Assembly (NCBI RefSeq): GCF_009914755.1
Contig: NC_060935.1
Origin: the human T2T-CHM13v2.0 reference genome, Homo sapiens
Reading direction: 5' to 3' (one strand)
Length of the DNA: 64,000 nt
Shown here: one piece after another, positions 1 through 13,464 of the stretch
Numbering within the stretch: position 1 is the first letter of the stretch
Layout: every line of letters begins with the position of its first letter
Position numbers and translations under genes: made by a program
The notes under the pieces: generated by a model
Told to the model about the DNA's origin: nothing
Seen by the model: the letters and a program-made list of their open reading frames with translations, nothing else
Database searches by the model: none

Positions 1-164
1 AGAAAAAAGTGAATAGTGTTAAAATGGTTGAAGAGAAAGGAAGATGACTCCGAAATTTTAATACCATTTTATTCATGACTAAGAACCTACAAACAGTTCT
101 GAAACAGTTTAACCTTTTCTATTCTTGTTCTCATGTCCTAAAATAAAGTTAAAATGTAACCACC

Positions 165-474
<310 letters not shown>

Positions 475-972
475 TCATTGAGCAACTGTGATATATCAGG
501 AACTATAATGTCCCAGACATTTTTAACACCAATATTTTTTAAAACTTGTCTGAGTTTGTCAGACGGTTACGCAATAGACCTGAGACTTCTAATGCAGAGC
601 TTCTTGAGTTCAAAACCCATGATCTGGTGTACATGGCCACTCTGTATTTTGTTATCCCAGTCCAAGTAATGAGCTATGCAGGATGGGTGTGATCAGGGTT
701 GTGAGGACTGAAACTCTCCCCAGTAGCAATGAGTGAATAGTGCAACGGGACATTTCATTAGGTTAGAGAGGTGAGTGGGGAGAAAGACAGCAAAGAGTCT
801 AGTTTAGTAGAGTTAATGGAAGAAATTATTTCCATTCCTTATCCTGCCTTTACTCTCATGTCCTCAACTACTCATTGGGGCTTGGTTTTAGAGATTGCTT
901 TTGGCTCCAAACACCTATTAAAGGAGATATATATTTTAGTGTTTCTGAATGCTTATTTGTGGTGAAATTTTT

Positions 973-995
973 TTATTTTTATTTTTGCCAACGAA
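973..995 (-). other. Ultra-short poly(A)-tailed retro-insertion with TSD
   Basis: TGTGGTGAAATTTTT duplicated at 958-972 and 996-1010. The insert on the minus strand reads TTCGTTGGC plus an A-rich tail, at a TT/AAAAA target. Confidence 0.7.
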
Positions 996-1289
996 TGTGG
1001 TGAAATTTTTAATGACCTCAGTTAAAAAGTAAAAATAATAACGCTATCTAGTGAATTCTGCATAAAGCTAAAAGTGCCACATTGGTGTAATAGCCTATAT
1101 TCCAAAAGACATCTATTCTACTATCTTCAAAATCATTGCATTAAAAAATGTTAAAGGAAAAGTAAGTTTTAGCTTTTATTTTGTTTTGCTTTTTGAGGCT
1201 AGTTGGAAATACTCTTTGAAATCCTGTTTTTTTATCACAATTCTAACTGATGCAAGGTTGAGAGGGGAGGATTCAGGAAGATAAATCCA

Positions 1290-1470
1290 GCAGGTGTATA
1301 TAGAAATGGAGAGACGAGACAGAAATACAGGAGTTGAAGAAATAGTTAAGAAATTATTGCAGTGATTTATCTTGGGTTCTAAAGCCTATAGGTATGGCGG
1401 CAATGAAAATAGAAGAGTTGGGATATAAGGCATATTTCAGAGGAAGAACCACAAGGACATTGTACCATAG
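1290..1470 (-). mobile_element. L2 LINE fragment
   Basis: Degenerate purine-rich L2 3'-region motifs (GTTAAGAAATTATTGCAGT, GAGGAAGAACCACAAGGAC). Confidence 0.45.
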
Positions 1471-2014
1471 GAAATAGAACAGAATGGGTGTTAAAGGCAG
1501 GTAATGATGATATGATTAGCTAAGCAGCTGGAATGCACCTAGCCAATTGTCTTGAAATTAACCTCATAGCTTCTATTCAATGAGACTTCACATCACCATG
1601 AGAAAACTATGTGAAGTGCAGCCCCACTGAGAATAAGTAGTGTCCTAGCAGATTCGTAGCTGAGTGAAACCACTCCAGACTCATAGTAGGTAGCTAATAA
1701 CTGTTATTCACTCCCAGCTACATGATTTTCTTTAACCCTCAGAACTCCCTGAATGTAGGTATGGGTAGTCTACCTTGCAAATGCAAAAGCTTATTTTCAG
1801 GGAAGCTAATTTCACATGACCCAAGACTGGTACAATGAAGATCTGAATACAGGTCAGACAGCATCAGAGAAGGCCCAAGAAGTCCGCCCTTCGTCAGAAG
1901 CATTACTTCAAGCCTCATTTGCATGACATTAGAGTAACAGAAGGGATAGAAATGGGACCCTTTTGCGGCCTCTTTAGTAAGAATATTCTGAAGTTAATTT
2001 AATGAGAGCAAATT

Positions 2015-2130
2015 GGCCAACATGAACTTGGCTCCTCCCATGTGCCAGGCAGTGTGCTAGGTCCAGGGCATAAGAAGATACTTAAGAAACATAATGCCCC
2101 AGAGGAGATCAGTGCCTGGCAACAAGTATG
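2015..2130 (-). mobile_element. L2 3' end fragment
   Basis: ATGTGCCAGGCAGTGTGCTAGG motif typical of the L2/MIR 3' end in reverse. Confidence 0.45.
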
Positions 2131-2366
2131 CAGAGACAACATTGTAGAGTAGTTTCCTGGGGTATGAATTCACCACTGCCAATTTGCTACATGGAAAGAA
2201 AGAGATCTTTCTGCATCATAATCTGCATAGATAGCTAGATTTATATTACACAAAGGCTTCAAATAAACTTCATTATGAGAGTTGAATTTTATGAGACTAT
2301 AAATTTTCAAAGAAGCTGTATAAACATTTTGCAAATAATCTTTTAATTAAAAATGATGATTAATCA

Positions 2367-2670
2367 GGCCAGGTGAAGTGGCTCATGCCTGTAATCCCAG
2401 CACTTTGGGAGGCCGAGGTGAGTGGATAACTTGAGGTCAGGAGTTCGAGACCAGCCTGGACAACATAGTGAAATCCCATCTCTACTAAAAATACAAAAAT
2501 TAGCCAGTCATGGTGGTGCATGCCTGTAATCCCAGCTATTTGGGAGGCTGAGGCAGGAGAATTGCTTGAACCCAAGAGGCAGAGGTTGCAGTAAGCCAAG
2601 ATCACGCAACTATACTCCAGCCTGGGTGACAGACTGAGACTCCATCTCAAAAAAAAAAAAAAAAAAAAAA
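2367..2670 (+). mobile_element. Alu SINE (AluSx-like)
   Basis: Full-length Alu with A22 tail. TSD core ATGATTAATC on both sides. Confidence 0.97.
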
Positions 2671-2889
2671 TGATTAATCTTGTTATATATGTTTTGAGTA
2701 AAATCAGGTGTATTTTAATTACAACTAAATCATGAAAACACTTGAAATGAGTCTCCTTTGCATTCATATATTATTCCCATGAAAAGTACAAGTTTTAGTT
2801 TCTTACTATCCAGATGGACTAGCAGGTAGAATTATTAAGAATAGCCATCACTTACATTTTAAATATTGAATGTAAAAGTATTTAAAAGC

Positions 2890-3190
2890 AGAAATGTTGG
2901 TCAAAGGGTACAAAATTTTAGTTAGGAGGAAAGTTCAGGAGATCTATTGTGAAACATGGTGAGTATATTTAATAACAATGTAATGAATTCTTGAAAATTG
3001 CTAAAAGAGTAGATTTTAAGTGTTTTCATCACCCCAAAAACTAATAATGTGTGTTAGGAAATCCATATGTTAATTAGCTCAGTTTAGCCATTTCACAGTG
3101 TATACATATTTCAAAACAACATATCGTATACAATAAATGTATACAATTTTTATTTAGCAATTAAGTAAATAAAATGTTTTTAAAAATAAT
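2890..3190 (+). mobile_element. L1M (L1MA/MB) 3'UTR fragment
   Basis: GTTGGTCAAAGGGTACAAAATTTTAGTTAG...GAAAATTGCTAAAAGAGTAGATTTTAAGTG, ending in an A-rich tail. Confidence 0.85.
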
Positions 3191-3334
3191 CTGTTCTGCT
3201 CTCAGTGCAATCAGTGCTTGTAAGGCCCTGGCTTAGATATTATACTTATCTTGCTATTGCTCTTACTCAGAAATCCACAATGACTCCCTACTGTCTACCC
3301 CTTCAATCTGGTTTTCTTAAATATGACCACTTGC

Positions 3335-3623
<289 letters not shown>

Positions 3624-3859
3624 CTAGGCCTACTCTCTCTAGAACCCCTACATGATCTCTCACCCTAGCCATGTCATGCGTCTCTCCAGCACAAATACCA
3701 TACATCTGTGAACCTCTCTCCCACCCCACCCACCCTACACCCCACAATACACACGCATACCCAAGGCAAATGCTGTGCCAATGCTGGGCAGGCTTGTCCT
3801 TAAATCTTTTCCTTGTCCTCACCTTTGTGTGCCTGTACTGCAAGGGGAGCCAAGGAATA

Positions 3860-4303
3860 GTTGGTGGGGGACAATAAATCTTTTCAGCTGCTCTCCCTAT
3901 TTCTGAATAAGCTGGATTCAGCTAATGAAAATTATCTCCTGAAGACTGCAGGTGGAGGAAGGAGGAGGAAAATGGAAAACAAAGTATCTCTCCCTCCCTC
4001 AGTGCCAAGGGCTTCTTCTCCAGCATTAGGGGCAGCTGCTCTGTGGCTCCTGCTACTACTGCACATGCCACTGTGGTTCCAACTTCCGATGGGTGACCCT
4101 GCTTATAACCCAGATCTTCCCCAGTCCCTCCAGCCTAAGGATGGTAGTGACTTCCTGCTGCTGCTAATCTCTGGGCTGCCTCCCTCACCTCCTGTGATCT
4201 TTGTAGATTTCCTACCACCTGTGTAACTAACTGTGAGCATTGCATTTCCTGTTTCAAATACTCAAAGTCTTTTCTGTTTACCCTATTGAACACTTACTGA
4301 AGC
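3860..4303 (+). mobile_element. ERVL LTR (LTR33-family-like)
   Basis: GGTAGTGACTTCCTGCTGCTGCTAATCTCTGGG, and a 3' end TTCAAATACTCAAAG...TTTCTGTTT...ACTGAAGCA resembling ERVL LTR ends. Confidence 0.6.
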
Positions 4304-4324
4304 AGTGCTCAAAAAATGGGAGCT

Positions 4325-4495
4325 TTTCAGTGTGTGCCATACGTTCTATTTTCATCTTCTTATTTGATCCTCACAATAATCCAAAAGGATATGTTTTAAA
4401 TTCCTATACTATAGGAAGGGAAAGTGATTTACCTTTCTAAGCCTCACAGTTACACAGGTAGTGAGAGAGCCCAGATTGGAACTAGGGTCTAATCA
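4325..4495 (-). mobile_element. MIR SINE
   Basis: TTATTTGATCCTCACAATAATCC...GCCCAGATTGGAACTAGGGTCT. Confidence 0.65.
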
Positions 4496-6214
4496 TTTAC
4501 TACTTGTATTCACTTATTTATTAATCTACTTGATTAGATCATACACTCTTTAGAGTATCCTTTTGCCTCCTCCATGCTGTTTGGCACAGCTGGAAACAGT
4601 ATGGGTAGAGGCTCAGTAATATTGATTAACTAATTAATTTATTGTATAAGAAGTATTCAGCCACCAGACACATGTCTTTTAAGAGCAAGCTTTAACCATT
4701 TCAGTTGTTTGCTCCCATCCATTTTCTGTCATCCGACACAGGAAGACATCAAGGGAGAGGTAATTCACAGGAGTAAGGAGGCACCACCAGGGGCAGAAAT
4801 GTTTGATCCTAAGAAAGTGTAGCCACAAGATTTATATCAAGTGGCAGAGCCTCAAGGTTTGAGGAAGAAAACAAAAGTTTGATTCAGGAGGGCAGAGCAG
4901 AGACAGAAATGGCAACTGGATGTCAGAGATATGCCCTGGATAATCTCTTTTTGAGATGAACCATGGAATACTCAAAATAGGGCTGAGTCCAAAGAAGCAG
5001 AGCTGGGTAGGAATGAGAGAGGAATGCAGGTGCCAGCCAGCTGTCTTGGATACAGTATGAGAGGCCTGATAGAGTCCAAGGACCTAGCAGAGAGAGAGAA
5101 CTCCTGGAACCCAAAACACTGGATAGACTGGACTCCATGAAGTGGCCATTTGTTAGTGTTGCTGAAACTCACGCTGAAGAACTTAATTTTTCTCTATATT
5201 TTAGCCCTTGGGTATGAAGCTATACAGGAGCCTTTCCAACCACTGGTGAGGGTGATATTCCCAGCTCAGCCTCGTTGCATTATGAAGACAGTTTGCATAT
5301 GGCAGCTGGCTGGTAGCTAGGCCTGTGGGTGGGAGCTGAAAGAATCCACTCTGCTGGGAACTATTTGAACTACAAGATTTCCTTTCCTTTTCAGAAAAAT
5401 GTGGTAGTTTTACCAGGGATTTCACAGTTATTGGTATCCATTTAATTGGCACAAAATAGGGGGTTTGGCCGGGGAGATTGTTGGGGATGTTGAAACTTAT
5501 CTTCTAACTTCTTCTTTCCAAGAGTCCTTTATTATTTCCCAGCCTAGCATTGCCTTCTCCCCGATTTCTTCTTCCCATGGAGAAAAGTCACCCTTCCCTA
5601 TTTAAGAAAGGGAAAACTTACAGGAACTGGTCTCACAGAGACAAGTTAGGAAACAATTTAAAGGAGAGAGAGATAAATAGAATCAAATTCAGCATCAAAG
5701 TTTTATAAGCGGTAGTCCCATTCAATTTGGTAAAAGATGAGTTATTGGAAAACTCTGTCAGATTTAAAGACTGTAACAGCAGAAATCAGATTAAAGTGAA
5801 TAATAAAAAGTGTAAAAACCATGTATATGCTCTTTTGCAAAGAATCTTGGCTGAAAGAATAGAGAGGGACGTAACATATTTGAGGACACATGGATTAGTG
5901 GTGGAACATAGTTACGGCGGGATGACATGAGCCTAGGTGGATTATGATACTTAAGGAAGAACAGTTTTTTGATAAAGGAGGTAAGAGAGTAAGGATGTGT
6001 TCAATGAAGAGCTCAATAGGTTGGTGAAGGGTAGTGGGGAAAGTACATGACTAGGTTTCCTCCAACTATTTGTCCAGTGAAATTATATCTTTTAAGTTTC
6101 TTATTAGTTCAAACACAGATTATAAGAAGAGCATTTATGCATGTCAAAATTCCATTTCCTCTCAGATCCATTTCTTATCCTTTCTTTCCTATGCCCTGAA
6201 TCATAGGAAGCTAC

Positions 6215-6636
6215 ATTGCCTAGGCCATTTCTTTTGGTCTGGCGGTAAGTTTGGGTACTTGGTGGCAATCATGGAAGATGGGGGGACAGGAGGAAGGGAG
6301 CAACCAGGGTAATTCTTTCCCTCCCTCTTTCTGTCTGCTTCCTATGGTGTCTGGCAGCAGTTACACTTTCACCATGGCTCACAATCTGACCAAGCTGGGT
6401 TCCCAGCACCCACCCAGGTACCCACTCTTCTTCTAGCACCTTCTACACAGCCCTGGTGTCCAAGGTCGGGCATCACCCCGTTGTCTTACTGTTGCTGCTA
6501 AATCTCTAGGTTGCTCACCACCTCGTATTTGCTTGTCATCCTTTCTATCCCAGTTCCACCATTTCTTGTATCAAATTAACTGTATTTGAAAGAGCTAGAG
6601 TGATTTCTCTTTTCCCACCTGGACCCTGACTGATAA
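6215..6636 (+). mobile_element. ERVL LTR (LTR33-family-like)
   Basis: 3' end GTATTTGAAAGAGCTAGAGTGATTTCTC...CTGGACCCTGACTGATA. Confidence 0.65.
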
Positions 6637-6844
6637 AGCAACTATCCCTCCAAATCATTTATATAACCACATAGAAGGTGTGATTCCAGCAGATTTGCCT
6701 CAATCATATGTCTTCTTTCTGAGAAACATACTCAACTACAGCCAAAGTTTTCCAAAATACAGACCACTGACTATGATAATATATCCTTTTTCATAATTAG
6801 TATTAATGACTAATGGTTTTAACCTAGTAGACTAGCTTTTTTCC

Positions 6845-6935
6845 TAATTTTTTTAAAGTTTTATTTTATTTTTAATTGATACATACTAATTACATATATT
6901 TATGAGATACAGTGTGCTGTTTCAATGTGTCTATT
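6845..6935 (-). mobile_element. L1MA 3' end fragment
   Basis: T-rich tail followed by AATTGATACATACTAATTACATATATTTATGAGATACAGTGTG. Confidence 0.6.
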
Positions 6936-9121
6936 TTTCAGTCATTAAATATAATTAACCAGTCATTCCACAGAAGAGTATAGAGCACTACTTTTAAATA
7001 GATCTCTAATCTATAAATATAGAAGTCTGTAGTTTATTTTTATTTCCACTGTTCTAAATGTTTCAAAAAGAAATATCCTCATGTCTGTAGCATATTAACC
7101 GACACACACATAAAAATAAGAATATTCTTTATATTATTACATAATAAGGAACTGTGATATTTGTCTTTTAGAAGCTAGTGTAAGAATTCCTCACACAGCA
7201 GGTTATCCTCCATTGAGAAACTGCTTATAAGTTTCTTGAGATGGAAAATAAGTCCTCCAAAAATGACTGGCAATTTCAAATTCCTGGAGGAAGATCTAGG
7301 GGAAAGGGAGCAAGCATCAATGAGGTGCCAGTGATTTTACTTTAAGAAAAATGCTCCTCTGTAGCCCAGCATCCTTGGCTAAAAAAAAACTTGAACAAAC
7401 AAAAATCTATTGTCATGTCTTTTCTTCCAAAATTTTGGCTGTGGAACGTGTGAGAAGAATTCCTCTGTCTCCTCTATGATGTCTTCAGAAAATTTTATGT
7501 ATTTGACTCATGCTTTCATGCAAGTGAATTCAAAGAGGCTGATAGAAGAAAGTTGGTAAATGAGGCGATGGTTTTTAAGAGAAAAATGTGTCTAACTGAG
7601 CCTCCATGTATGTATTGAGCACTTTGTACTCTTCTGAATTTGAAGATACAGAACACTGCATAAGTGGAAGACTTCACTCATTCATCCATATGATCATCTC
7701 CTGTCCTGGGATGTGGTGTGAACATATGTGCACTGAGCATGTTCAATGTTCACACACTGCTAGAGTTGGAAAATGACTAACTTGGACTAAAATATTCAGA
7801 TGAATTTTGAATTTTATGGCATAAAGTTTTATTGCACTACTGAGCTTCAGTCTGGTTCACACAGATCTGAGGAATCAGGAAGTGGGAGCAAGGTCACAAA
7901 AAGGGATGATGGCAAATGTTGGTATCAGTCACTTTCCATGACCTGCCTCAGGCAAAAAAAAAAAAAAAAAAAAGACTACATTTCTTTTTGGAAGAGCACA
8001 TTCTCTTGTAATTTTATAGGAAATCACATGCCGATCTTAGTGTCCAAGATTCCCTTCCATGGCAGGCAAGCAGGTCTCTAACTACGTTTATTTCTTTCAT
8101 CTAAAATGGGCATGCTCTGAGTGTGAGAGTGTGCCTATATGCATGGGGAAGCAGCACCTTCTGAGAAAATGCGACTGGATGTAGCCCTTTTCTGTGAAGG
8201 CTCAGAGACATAATTGGGTCAATGCCTCAAGGTGGTCAGATCCTGGGAACCAGGCTCATGCTTACTAAAATGCACAAAAGAACTGGTGTTAGCCGTGGAA
8301 AAAACAACTGTCACAGCAATAAAAGACGTAGAACAAGCACATTCTTCTCCTGTGGTAAGCAACATGGGAAGCTGTTGAGAAACCATGAAAAGTGCCTGCC
8401 TCACAGCCCAGAAATATCTGAAAGCCTTAATGTCCACTCACCTCTCCCTGTAGGCAGACCTAGGAGTGATTTGAGATGTTCCTTTGCGAACCTTGACTTA
8501 CAGCAAGGGGACTGAAGTCTCTTTCTCAGAAAGCTTTTTCCCTGCCCTGCACTCTGCAAGGCAGCAGCTCCATCATGCAATGAAACTTACTTGGGCTCAT
8601 AAGCACTGACATGCTGATGAAGCTAAAACTTGTCCTATAGTGTCTCATCCCGACAGAGGGTACTCATTTATGGGTATTTCACAAGTACGCCACACTTTGT
8701 GGGGGCTTTTGAGTAACAAATATTGCTCTTTAATCACATTCTTCAGATTACAACATATTTGCGATTGTGTTTTCCCCTTCATATTGGCTCCGCTGCTTCT
8801 CATGAAACAAATCCCAGTTCAACTTGGATATTTGGATCATAAAGTGTCTCACACTGAGGGGTGATTTTTTTTAACGCTATCTGTCTGGCAAAGGCTTGCA
8901 GACTTGCCCTGCCTTTCTAGTTATCTTCTTGGAAATCTTTGGCTTTTGAATCACCTTTTGTGCTTTCAGGTTAACGAAGTAATTGAAGTATAATTGTTCC
9001 CATTTTATGAATGAGGGAAATGAGGTATAGAATGCTTTCCTGCTAAAGCTGCAAGATGGCAAAGCTGGTTTCTAGTGTGTGAATCAAACCAGGAGCTCTC
9101 TTCAGTACCTGGCACTGCCTT

Positions 9122-9467
9122 TGTTGCAGGATTTTTCCTTAGTTCAGCTGAAGACAGGGTCCTTGTCCATCGCATGGCCATGAAAATTTAGGCTCATAGA
9201 CAGTTTGAAGGGTGAGTAAAGCAGGGTTTTATTGGGTGAAAAGGAAGAAAAGGGGGAAACAGAGACTCTCCACAAGGCCAGGGTCCCGTTAGAGTGCTTC
9301 CCTCCAGCAGTTTGAATTCCAGGTTCCACACACCGTAAGAGGAGGGGCCAGGCTCCTCCCAGCTGCAGACGGGGCAAACTTCCCAAGGATCCACCTCAGT
9401 GAGCATTCCTCCCAGCGCGCAGGCCAGTAGGAGTTTGCCAGGGACCCACTCCCATCTGACTGGCTCA
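9122..9467 (-). mobile_element. MER61 (MER61A-like) ERV1 solo LTR
   Basis: The minus strand starts TGAGCCAGTCAGATGGGAG and ends AGCTGAACTAAGGAAAAATCCTGCAACA. Internal AATAAA. 4-bp TSD CCTT/TCTT. Confidence 0.85.
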
Positions 9468-9774
9468 TCTTCATCAATGCCTGAGCCCTCAGTACTCTGG
9501 AAATGTATGTAACATTTCCTCTCCTTCTGTCTTAGCAATAGATCTTCCAGGATGAGTAATGGCAAGATGTGCAGAACTACCCACAGCTCCTACTAATTCA
9601 GAAGGAAGTAATTTGAGAATGAATCATAGAGAAAATTTTCAAATGCCTTCTTACAGGTATTAAACATTCAGTTACATGATACAATTAACTGCTGCCATCA
9701 TATCACATGGTAAACTAGTTTGAATAGGGACTTTCTGTGCCACGTTACAGGCCATACACAGTAGCATTTTTAGG

Positions 9775-9995
9775 TCATGGAGTATGAAGACATATGTTGA
9801 AATCCCAACTCAGCCACTTAATGGCTTTTTTACCTTGAGAAAGTGACTTAAACTCCCTAAGCTTTAATTTCTCCAGCTGTAATTACTGTATGACAAATGT
9901 CAGTACATCAAGCATTTTGTGAGGTTTAAATGAGATAATGTGTAGAAAACTCAGCATGATTGTAGAAGAATAAGTACTAAATATAGAAGTAGTGA
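9775..9995 (+). mobile_element. MIR SINE
   Basis: AATCCCAACTCAGCCACTTA...TTGTGAGGTTTAAATGAGATAATG core. Confidence 0.75.
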
Positions 9996-10029
9996 TACTA
10001 GTAATAGTAATCTTTGGAGGACACTAACA

Positions 10030-10200
10030 TATTATTACAAATGTGTTTCATAAATTATCTCATTGTATCATTGTATTATCACCATCTTACAGATGAGAAA
10101 ACAGAAACTTACAGAACTTTAATCACCTGCCCAAGACCAGGTTAAGTGCCAGAGATGACACTCACATGTCCTCAGATTCTAAATTCTCTCTGCTTTCCCT
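10030..10200 (-). mobile_element. MIR SINE
   Basis: ATTATCACCATCTTACAGATGAGAAAACAGAAAC...ACCTGCCCAAGACC core. Confidence 0.75.
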
Positions 10201-10269
10201 TATAACAAGTGGCCCCAATGGGAAATGTGTTCAGTATTGGTCATGGTGTGGTTGATGAGGTCAGCTTAT

Positions 10270-11163
10270 TGTTGGAGGGCTCAGGAAGGTCCCCAGATGC
10301 TAATGAAACCCTAGCCCCAGCCAGTATCCAGGTTCTTGACACCATCACAAGAAAGGATTTGGGAATGAGTCAGAATGATGCGAAAGACAAGAAGCTTGTA
10401 TTGTGAAGAGAAAGTACACACGTAAGAGAGAAGTGCAGGCATGCTCATGAGAACAAGTCACACACAAAGGAATTTTCTATTCTAATGTGCTCCTCTCAAT
10501 TAGGGGGTGGAATAATCATGAGGTTTTCTAGGAAAAAAAGGTGGTGATTTCTTAGAATTGGGGTGGCACCTATTTTTATGGGCATGCTCGGATCTGTTGT
10601 GGTGCTGGTGGGTGTGTAATTTAGTATGGTAATGAGCATATAATTAGGTCTGGATAGGGCATGGGTCAAATCCACCACCATGTTGGACTTAGCCAGTTTC
10701 AACCAGGTTATCCCATATCCTTTCTGTTAGGGTCTTATCAGCCTAGGCTCATCCTTGTCATTGAAGCTCATTTTTTTTTTTTTTTTTTTTTTTTTTAGAT
10801 GGACTCTCGCTGTGTCACCAGGCTGGAGTGCAGTGGCGTGATCTCGGCTTACTGCAACCTCCGCCTCCCGGCTCCAGCAATTCTCAAGCCTCAGCCTCCC
10901 AAGTAGCTGGGATTATGGGTGCACACCATCATGCCCAGCTAATTTTTTTGTATTTTTAGTAGAGACAAGGTTTCACCATGTTGGCCAGGATGGTCTTGAT
11001 CTCTTGACCTCGTGAAATGCCCACCTTGGTCTCTCAAAGCGCTGGGATTACAGGCCCAACGCACCCAGCCTGTAGCTAATTTTAACAGCTCCTTTCTTGC
11101 TGCCATATGAAATTGCTGCTTGACATTTTCTCGCTTCTGTGACCACCCAGTATTCCTGTCTCA
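10270..11163 (-). mobile_element. ERV1 MER4-group solo LTR (LTR29/MER73-like), split by an Alu
   Basis: The minus strand starts TGAGACAGGAATACTGGGTGGTCACAG, includes GCTGATAAGACCCT and CCAACATGGTGGTGGATTTGACC, and ends CCAACA. Confidence 0.75.
10771..11070 (-). mobile_element. Alu SINE (AluSc-like)
   Basis: T26 tail. GTCACCAGGCTGG 1-nt deletion and CCAGGATGGTCT diagnostics. Degenerate TSD TGAAGCTCATTTT/TGTAGCTAATTTT. Confidence 0.96.
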
Positions 11164-11249
11164 AGATGAAGTTGTGGCAGGCTGGGGACATGGGCTTCCG
11201 AAACTGGAGTTAATTTTACTATTGACTAGAATGATATTAGACTATTTGT

Positions 11250-11465
11250 ATAATAAAGTAGATCTGTTTAACACTATGTGCCTAACACTGTGCTAGTTGC
11301 TTTAACTCTTATGACCACTCTCTAAAGAAAGCATTTATTATTGACATTTACAGACTAAAAAACTGAATGTTAGGAAAGGTAAATGGCTTGTCTAAGGTAA
11401 TATCTTGGCACATGGTTAGGTCAATGCTTAAATCTAAAGCTGGTGCACTTTTCAATGGGTCCCAT
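11250..11465 (-). mobile_element. MIR SINE
   Basis: CTATGTGCCTAACACTGTGCTAG...ATTTACAGACTAAAAAACTGA...GCTTGTCTAAGGT. Confidence 0.7.
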
Positions 11466-11487
11466 TGCTTCTAATGAATGTAGCTAG

Positions 11488-11596
11488 CCCCCAGTTTTCT
11501 TATCTACAAATTGTACCTGTATTGCAGTACTGTGTGAAGGCGAGATGAGATGACACAAAGTAAAACACTTAGAATAAGGCCTGGCACATAACAGGC
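11488..11596 (+). mobile_element. MIR SINE 3' half
   Basis: CAGTTTTCTTATCTACAAA...AAAACACTTAGAATAAGGCCTGGCACATA. Confidence 0.65.
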
Positions 11597-12014
11597 AACA
11601 GAATCCTCATCTCTTCCTCTTTATTTACCTAAAGAGACAGTGGCCCAGAATGAAGAAAGACAGGTACAGAGACACGGGCTTTATCTCTGAGTGACATCTG
11701 CAGGCAGCTCAGTGACATTAGAATTGGATTTTTTTGTGTCAAAAGGGTTATCTCTCTGTGAGCTCTGTGCATAGACTGATGGATGTGTGATCTTTGCAGG
11801 ATGGAATTGAACAGTAGAGCTAATTGCTTTAGGAAGTTTACTATATATGGGAAGTATAAATCTCATGAAAAACAACTGGTGGTAAGAGAAAAGAGAGACA
11901 CTCTTAACCACAAATCTCCCATATTCCACTCTCTAGCTCCAACATATACCCTGTCTGCATTACAAGCAGGGAAAGAGGCAAAGATCTAGTATTTTGTACT
12001 TATTCATCTCATGC

Positions 12015-12330
12015 ATCCATGTATCCATCCATTCAACCATCAATATTTATTCAGCGGTTACTCTGTGCCAAGCTCTCTGTTAAGAAAGAGAGGGGATGAA
12101 CAATCAGATAAGACATGATCCATGACCTAAAGAAGCTTATGGTCTAGGAGGGAAACCAATAAATACACTAAAATCAAAATACAGAGCTCTGGGTGCTTGG
12201 ATAGATAAAGTAATGTCTGGGTCCCGCGAGATCACAGAAAAGGGGAATTTAAATTAACCAAAGTGTCCAGTAAGTCTTCCTGAAGGAGGCAAGCCATGAG
12301 CTAAGCGTTGGAGGAGAGTGTTAGACAAGG
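12015..12330 (-). mobile_element. L2 3' end
   Basis: (CATC/CATT)n tail plus AATATTTATTCAGCGGTTACTCTGTGCCAAG. Confidence 0.7.
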
Positions 12331-13084
12331 CCCTTGGCTTGAAATAACAAGAGGTGCTCCATCTTATGAGCTGTCATGGAGGGAAGCAGAGGAATATTGG
12401 GTGGCTTCATCATAAACTTCCATATTTGGATGATGCATCATAACCTTCTCAACACTTTTACACAAGATCATTCCTCCTATTCTGTTACTTTTGTCTTAGA
12501 AATTCTACATAACTCTCCAGTGTTTTAAAAACATATATAACTCTTCAAACTTTTAAAGATAAACTGTTTATCACTATTTTTACATATCAAAATAAAAATA
12601 ATATTCTATCTCCAGTGAGGACAGATTTGAGCTACTCCAAGATGCAAGTAATGAAGCGTAATACAAGTAATAAAGCTAGGCCCTATCAGATCTCATTTAA
12701 TTTCTCTGTGGTTGTAAAAATAGCACAAAGCTTTGAAATACAAAATGTATTCCCTTTTAAAAAATATTTTCCTTAAAGTATAGTAACTTTGTCAGCCCCT
12801 CAGTGCTAATATCACTCATGTTAATATTGAGATACTTTCTTAGGAATAGCATGTGATGCATCAGTGTCTAAGAAATAATAAAAGGATAAACATAGCATCA
12901 AGACTTCTGAATGCTTGTGTATATTACTGAAAATTAGTATATATCAGTCTAACCTCATTAAATTCTTAGACAGTGAATGTGTGTCTGTATTCAGAATTTT
13001 ATTTTCATGTTCTTGGGAAATGATGAGTGGAAGAACATTTATGTAGTATTGAATTAATATTAAAAAGAAATTGATTATATCTTT

Positions 13085-13420
13085 CAAGGGTTTATTAAGC
13101 AATTGCTCTATTTAAGTCACTATGGTAAATTATATGCACATAGACATTAAACAAAAACAGAATCTCTGGCTTCAAGAGCCTCGTGATTTAACTGTATGGG
13201 AGACCAGAAAATAAACTGGAGGAGTCATGCAGAGTGCTCCAGGAGGAAGCCTATGGGAGATACATAACTAAAAAATCCTTAGGGATGAGAGGAGCCAAGG
13301 AAGGTTTCCTAGAGAACGAATAAGACATATGCTACATATGACATATAGGACAGCTTTTTCCGGGCAAAGAAAGCAGAAAACTATGTACTAGACAAAGAGA
13401 GGAGCATGTGCAAGGACATA
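13085..13420 (-). mobile_element. L2 fragment
   Basis: TTTATTAAGCAATTGCTCTAT...GGCTTCAAGAGCCTC...CAAGGAAGGTTTCCTAGAG. Confidence 0.5.
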
Positions 13421-13464
13421 CAAATAGGGAGGCAGTAGTTTGGACAGTATCAATAAATGATTAA

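Noticed and set aside
4790-5450. Possible ancient LTR (also about 42560-43200)
   Set aside because: The texture is LTR-like, but I could not assign a family or termini with confidence.
3860-6636. Two same-orientation LTR33-like LTRs as a provirus
   Set aside because: They are only about 1.9 kb apart, with no PBS, gag or pol remnants seen, and share only family-level motifs.
7953-7973. Isolated poly(A) run as a retro-insertion
   Set aside because: No TSD or element body is identifiable, so I treated it as a mononucleotide run.
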